A DNA stretch of 30,771 nucleotides from a virus (taxonomy: Duplodnaviria > Caudoviricetes). This document shows positions 25,945-30,771 of the stretch, piece by piece. Under the pieces are notes generated by a model. It made no database searches, was not told the origin of the DNA, and saw nothing but the letters and a program-made list of their open reading frames with translations. The first letter of the stretch is position 1, and every line of letters begins with the position of its first letter. Position numbers and translations under genes: made by a program. The stretch is from the IMG/VR virus record IMGVR_UViG_3300005077_000159, positions 1 through 30,771 of that record. The stretch is one strand, 5' to 3'.

Positions 25945-27120
25945 ATGCTTACAATCGATAGGCTATATAATAATTTTAAGACTCATGTCGGCGATACTGT
26001 TGTACAAAAATCTGAGTTTATAAGACTTCTTAATCAGTTGCTTATTGATATGAAGCTTACAAAACCAGCCGAACAGTTTACCAAAATATATTATTGTAAA
26101 AATTGGAACAAGTACGCTTTTCCAACGGGTTTAAGATCGCCAATAGCCCTAACAAATAGATACAATACTTTTTTTAGGTATGTATCGCCTTATATTTTTA
26201 ATCTCTACAAATATGCTGAATGTTGGTCTGAGCAATCTGATAACGCTAAGCGCTTTATGCTTATTAATCACGTCAACACTACTTCTCAAGTCGCCTTGGT
26301 CACCGAGTGTGACTCACTTACTGCGGATGGCACTTGGAGCATCTCTGGTGGTAGTGATTTGGCAATCAATACTGGCAATTATAAATCTGGCAGTGGGGCA
26401 TTAAGTTTTTCTGTTAGTGGCACTTCTGCTTCAATAACATTTACTAGATCATCTGTTATGGACGTGTCTACTTTCACAGAGTTTTTGCGGATGAGATTTT
26501 TTGGTTTATTTCCTACTAAACCATCTAGCATTACGGTTAAGGTTGGAACAGATTCATCTAATTATTTTTCTCAAGATATAACCGTCCAAGCTTCAGGAGA
26601 GGTTTTTGCTACTGATGATTATAACGAGATTGAATTTGCGCGCGAGCAGGTCACTGAGACGGGTTCTGTTGATCTAGAGAATATTGACTGGGTTCAAATA
26701 ACACTTACATTTGCTTCGTCTATCACCGATACTGGCTTTTTAATTGATAAAATTGAGCTTATTAAGCCAGAGGTTTTAGACTTTGAATGGTATACTGTTT
26801 ATGTAGCCATTGATTCTAATAGTAATATTACAGAGTCTATTACCGAATCAGACAGCCCAACAGAGACACCTTTGATTTATGATTATCCGGCGTATGAGCC
26901 GACTGTTTTAGATGGCTTGGCCTGGTTGTATCTTAAGAACAGGTCTACAGATATAGCTCTTAAATATCAAGCAGACTATTATCTTAAGCGGTCTGGCAAT
27001 AGGATGATTGGCGGATTGGCTTGGTTAGCTAAAAATTATCCAGACCGTTCAGCTTCATATCGTCGAGAGAAAAGGTTGCCGGAACTTTATACTAATCAAC
27101 GTAATTCTTTATTTAGATAA
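25945..27120 (+). CDS. Head-tail adaptor (T7 gp11/P22 gp4-like) with inserted carbohydrate-binding-like domain
   Basis: Helical N-terminus (FIRLLNQ), Y.FPTGL..P, C-terminal YEPTVLDGLAWLY; central jelly-roll with YKSGSGALSF, GTDSSNY, GSVDLENIDW; directly before the nozzle gene. Confidence 0.65.
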   Translation: MLTIDRLYNNFKTHVGDTVVQKSEFIRLLNQLLIDMKLTKPAEQFTKIYYCKNWNKYAFPTGLRSPIALTNRYNTFFRYVSPYIFNLYKYAECWSEQSDNAKRFMLINHVNTTSQVALVTECDSLTADGTWSISGGSDLAINTGNYKSGSGALSFSVSGTSASITFTRSSVMDVSTFTEFLRMRFFGLFPTKPSSITVKVGTDSSNYFSQDITVQASGEVFATDDYNEIEFAREQVTETGSVDLENIDWVQITLTFASSITDTGFLIDKIELIKPEVLDFEWYTVYVAIDSNSNITESITESDSPTETPLIYDYPAYEPTVLDGLAWLYLKNRSTDIALKYQADYYLKRSGNRMIGGLAWLAKNYPDRSASYRREKRLPELYTNQRNSLFR

Positions 27121-27121
27121 T

Positions 27122-29107
27122 ATGGAAAAATATATTAAAAAATATTCATCTCATATATTTATAGGAACAATCTTTTTGATGACTTTTATTACGATTGTTT
27201 TTTCTATTATCGCTGTTAAAAACAACCAATCATTAGTACCACAACCACAGGGACTCCAGCCATTTATTGGTGATGTAGATAATTTGGGCGCAGTAGATAA
27301 GTTTGTTCCGGTTAAACTTGAGGGTTGGGGTAATGGGTGGATGACTAGTCCAGAGTATGATGGTATTGATATGCCAGATAATGCTTTAGTAGAAGCTAAT
27401 AATATTGATTTTGGAGTTAAGAACTCTATTGCTCCTAGGCGCGGTATTCTAACATTAGGAACAGAAAGCTCTAACCTTAATCCTGTTCGCTCTTTATTTA
27501 CTGCCCACACCGAGGATGGTCGCGAGGTTCTTATAAGGACTTCTACTACAACTATTGAATGGTGGAATGCTGTTGATGAGGCCTGGGATCAGCTTGATGA
27601 TGGTTATGTGGCTGATAGAATATTTACTTTTACAGAAGGTTCAGCTGGTGCAGATGACTGGAATTATCTTTATTTTAGCAATGGATCAGACAGTTTACGC
27701 AGGGTTAGAGTAGCCTTTGGCACCGTATCCGCGAATACTGCTACTACCATTACCCTTAACGCTGTCAGCTCGTATGACTCAGTAGATGACATTGGCTTTC
27801 CTACCAGCGGTACTATTACCGTTGCTGGGGTTGATTATTCTTATTCTGGCATTTCGGGCTGGCAGTTAACCGGGTTGTCCGGAGTTCCTGCTTTAGATGC
27901 TGACGACGGCGTATTTGCTACTGTTGAAACTACTGGTTTTACTAGCCCACCTAGTACAGCCAGCACTTTGGTTATTAAAGACCAGAGACTTTATGCAGCT
28001 GCTACTAGTACAGTTTTTGCTTCTCATATTGGAGATTTGCGTAATTTTAGTTATTCTGCTCCGCGCGTGGCTTCTGAGGGTGAAATTATTTATTTCCCTG
28101 AGGGTGGTGAGAGAATAACAGCCTTGGCTGTACAGCCTAGCTACGTTGCTGTTTTTAAGAACAATTATATTGGTAGATTGGAGTTCAAAGACTTTAGTGA
28201 TGGTTTGTCTGATATTCCGGTAGTGTCTACCATTTCACAAAAGGCCAACATCGGAGCTACTAATAATAACGCCGTAGCTTATAATGACTTATCAGCAATT
28301 TTTGTTAATTCAGACATTGGTTTGACTGAATTCTCTCGTGTAGCTAATTATGATTATGACGTTGTTAAGAGTCTTTCTGAGCGTCTACGACTTACTTTTG
28401 AGGATTATGATTTTGACAGCTCAGCTATTGCTGTTTATGATAATAAGATTTTAATATCGGCCAAAACATCTAGTGATGTTAGTTTTAATAATACGATTAT
28501 AATATATGATTATCAGAAAAACAGATTCACTTATATTACCGCTATGAATGCTAATGCCTTTGCTGTTTATGATAATAAACTTTATTTTGGTGATTCGCTT
28601 ACACAGAATGTTCGCCAGGCATTTTACAATTCTTACGATGATGACGGATCTGCTATCACTTCATCTGCTAAGACAAAATGGTATAATTTTGGTGAACCGT
28701 CTAGGTGGAAAGAGATTGGCTGGGTTTATGTAGAGGGATGGATTACCCAGAATACTTCACTTACCTTCAAAATTAATTTTGATGAAGGAGGCGCGCTAGC
28801 ATCCAAGGAGGTTACCATTTCCGGTGACGGCGATTATGTGGCTGATGAGCCCGGAGCCGGATTTGGTATCAACCCGTTTGGTTTATCTGATTTTGGTACA
28901 ACAGAGACTACTGGCGATTCTTTAAGACACTTTGCTGGTTATATAAATATGCAGGCCGAATATGGAAAGAAGTGGCGTAATGTTCAGTTCGAGATTGAGT
29001 CGTCTGGTGTAGGTTATAATTATAGAATAACAAGATTAATACCGTTCGTTTATGTTCTTGATGAACAATACGGACGAAGTTCATCTAACTTAATAATTAA
29101 CGATTAA
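27122..29107 (+). CDS. Tail nozzle / tubular protein B (T7 gp12/P22 gp10-like beta-propeller) with an N-terminal membrane leader
   Basis: From aa ~57: G..GW.T....MPDNAL.EANNIDF....I.PRRG, then propeller blades (YLYFSNG, RLYAA, ITALA, VFKNN), KTKWYNFG.P...K. aa 12-32 strongly hydrophobic. Confidence 0.75.
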   Translation: MEKYIKKYSSHIFIGTIFLMTFITIVFSIIAVKNNQSLVPQPQGLQPFIGDVDNLGAVDKFVPVKLEGWGNGWMTSPEYDGIDMPDNALVEANNIDFGVKNSIAPRRGILTLGTESSNLNPVRSLFTAHTEDGREVLIRTSTTTIEWWNAVDEAWDQLDDGYVADRIFTFTEGSAGADDWNYLYFSNGSDSLRRVRVAFGTVSANTATTITLNAVSSYDSVDDIGFPTSGTITVAGVDYSYSGISGWQLTGLSGVPALDADDGVFATVETTGFTSPPSTASTLVIKDQRLYAAATSTVFASHIGDLRNFSYSAPRVASEGEIIYFPEGGERITALAVQPSYVAVFKNNYIGRLEFKDFSDGLSDIPVVSTISQKANIGATNNNAVAYNDLSAIFVNSDIGLTEFSRVANYDYDVVKSLSERLRLTFEDYDFDSSAIAVYDNKILISAKTSSDVSFNNTIIIYDYQKNRFTYITAMNANAFAVYDNKLYFGDSLTQNVRQAFYNSYDDDGSAITSSAKTKWYNFGEPSRWKEIGWVYVEGWITQNTSLTFKINFDEGGALASKEVTISGDGDYVADEPGAGFGINPFGLSDFGTTETTGDSLRHFAGYINMQAEYGKKWRNVQFEIESSGVGYNYRITRLIPFVYVLDEQYGRSSSNLIIND

Positions 29108-29109
29108 CT

Positions 29110-30681
29110 ATGAAAAAAATAATCTATTTTATTATACTGTCGGCTCTTATACCGACTGGTGTGTATGGGGCATCTACCCTGTATGAGTATTATGCCCAAA
29201 ATGGCCTTAATTTTCCGTCTGTTTCAGAAAGACGGGTAATTGCTCATGAGGCAGGCATAACTCCTTACAGTGGCTCTTACGATGAGAATACTGCCCTATT
29301 AGAGTACTTACAAGGGGGCAATTCTGCCGAATCAGCCTATTTAGGTGGCTCTAACCCGCAAACAGCCACTAGCTGGACCCTAGCTTCGTCTATCTCATCA
29401 TCTGCTACTACTATCACATTGGTTAGTCTAAATGATCCTAGAGGTAATACTCCAACAGCTGCAGATTTTGCTACTACTACTTATTTAGTTATCGAGCCTA
29501 ATAGCTCTAGTCAAATTGAGATTGTGGCTTGTCCGCGCTCAGGTCTTACTATATCAACAAAAACATTTACTAACTGTACTCGTGGTCTAGCTTTTTATGG
29601 ATCAAGTGAAGCTGCTGTAACCGGTAACCAAAAATCTCATAGTGCTGGTTCTCGAGTTATTCAATCTAATGTTGGGCAATTTTATAATTTATTCGTAGAT
29701 AAGTGGGATACTAATACTTTGTATGGAAAGTATACCTACGCTTCGTCTACTTTAACCAAATATAAATTCCCTTATTATTCAGATGATGGAAACTATATTT
29801 GGTATGATACAAGCTCTGGTGCGATGGGCTTTGCTACATCATCTAATGAATTTGCTTTTGGCGCTAATGGTACACAGTTCACAGCCGGTATTCCGCTTAA
29901 CTTAACTTCTGGTATTCTGTCACTAGCTACTTCTACTAATGAATTTGACTTAGATACAGGAACCTTATCTTTGAATTTATATTCAGACGGCGGATTAAAA
30001 TCTGATAGTAATGGTTTGCAGGTAGACACATCTACTACAATCTCAGCTTTAGAACCAGTATATGCTTCAAGCACTTTAGATGGTGCATATTTAGTAAGCC
30101 AAGCCGCTACTACAACACCATCTAATGTTCCAGTAGTTGATGGCTTTGCCTTAACAAGCGCTACAAATGGAAATTCATTTTATATCCAAACCGAAGGAAT
30201 AGTAAGAGGATTTACAGGATTAACCGCTGGTGCTGATTATTATTTAGCAACTTCAACCGCAGGACAATTAACTACACTAATGCCTACAAATGGTTATCCC
30301 GTGGTATATGTTGGTAAGGCTTTAAGTTCTACTCAATTACAATTAGACAAAAGAGAAAGCTTAGTTGGTCAACATTATTCAACTGCTAGTGGTAACCCTG
30401 CTAGCGGAACTGTAACACTTCCTTGGTATGTGCAGAAAGTTATCTCTGATATGAGTTGTTTAGGTACAGATAATAATCGTCAAGGAACTCAAGGTGATAT
30501 AGAAGTTACTAAAAGTGGTAAGACAACTGGTTATACTTATATAAGAGAACATGATGGTGCTGGTCCTAAGTCTGCTAATGGTTCTTTGTCTTGGAACACT
30601 ACTACAAATGTTTTGACTTATGGTTGTACTACTAGTGAGAATAGCGAAGCCTTTACGCAAACTTCTTATTACTATAGATAA
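29110..30681 (+). CDS. Tail fibre/spike-like protein with signal peptide and DUF3597-like N-terminal module
   Basis: Signal aa 1-20; TLYEYY...PSVSERR.IA...GI..YSGS..EN.ALL.YL resembles DUF3597; TLASSISSSATTITL...EIV...TNCTRGL...HSAGSRV and GFTGLTAGADYYL....GQL...VGKALSSTQL structural motifs. Confidence 0.65.
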   Translation: MKKIIYFIILSALIPTGVYGASTLYEYYAQNGLNFPSVSERRVIAHEAGITPYSGSYDENTALLEYLQGGNSAESAYLGGSNPQTATSWTLASSISSSATTITLVSLNDPRGNTPTAADFATTTYLVIEPNSSSQIEIVACPRSGLTISTKTFTNCTRGLAFYGSSEAAVTGNQKSHSAGSRVIQSNVGQFYNLFVDKWDTNTLYGKYTYASSTLTKYKFPYYSDDGNYIWYDTSSGAMGFATSSNEFAFGANGTQFTAGIPLNLTSGILSLATSTNEFDLDTGTLSLNLYSDGGLKSDSNGLQVDTSTTISALEPVYASSTLDGAYLVSQAATTTPSNVPVVDGFALTSATNGNSFYIQTEGIVRGFTGLTAGADYYLATSTAGQLTTLMPTNGYPVVYVGKALSSTQLQLDKRESLVGQHYSTASGNPASGTVTLPWYVQKVISDMSCLGTDNNRQGTQGDIEVTKSGKTTGYTYIREHDGAGPKSANGSLSWNTTTNVLTYGCTTSENSEAFTQTSYYYR

Positions 30682-30697
30682 TTAACTAACTAAATTT

Positions 30698-30771
30698 ATG
30701 CCACAATTCAAATTCAAGACTTCGTCTGGTGGATTTGAGACTAGAGAGATCAGTGATGCTGAGGCAACAAA
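30698..30771 (+). CDS. Start of next gene (3'-truncated)
   Basis: TTTATG start, open to the window end (MPQFKFKTSSGGFETREISDAEAT). Confidence 0.5.
   Translation, partial: MPQFKFKTSSGGFETREISDAEAT

Noticed and set aside
226-30660. All minus-strand ORFs and short alternative-frame plus-strand ORFs in the ORF track
   Set aside because: They lie within longer motif-bearing + strand genes and look like shadow ORFs.

Overview
A 30.8 kb, AT-rich, entirely + strand segment of a tailed dsDNA phage or prophage with podovirus-type (P22/T7-like adaptor and nozzle) architecture, read in the standard genetic code. Gene order: end of the early/replication region (pentapeptide-repeat protein, an atypical tRNA-like gene, a replication initiator with internal iterons); a perfect sigma70 promoter with a structured, terminated leader; TerS, TerL, portal; phage-encoded GroEL and GroES; scaffold, decoration protein, major capsid protein; a block of exported, Ser/Thr-rich fibre/lectin-like proteins; an inserted Shine-Dalgarno-using cassette (T5 A1-like metallophosphoesterase, double zinc ribbon, HNH); two holin-like genes and two papain-fold cysteine peptidases; then tail adaptor, nozzle and fibre. 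SD-less TATG starts and abundant A-[ST]-[ST]-[ST] motifs suggest a Patescibacteria (CPR) host (inference). The most striking pattern: at least six putative virion proteins, including the tail nozzle, begin with a basic-hydrophobic membrane leader followed by a shared Leu-Gly-[Ala/Ser/Gly] motif. This suggests an undescribed export, possible glycosylation and proteolytic-release route for virion assembly, perhaps using the two papain-like peptidases. All family assignments come from motif recognition by eye; no database searches were run.
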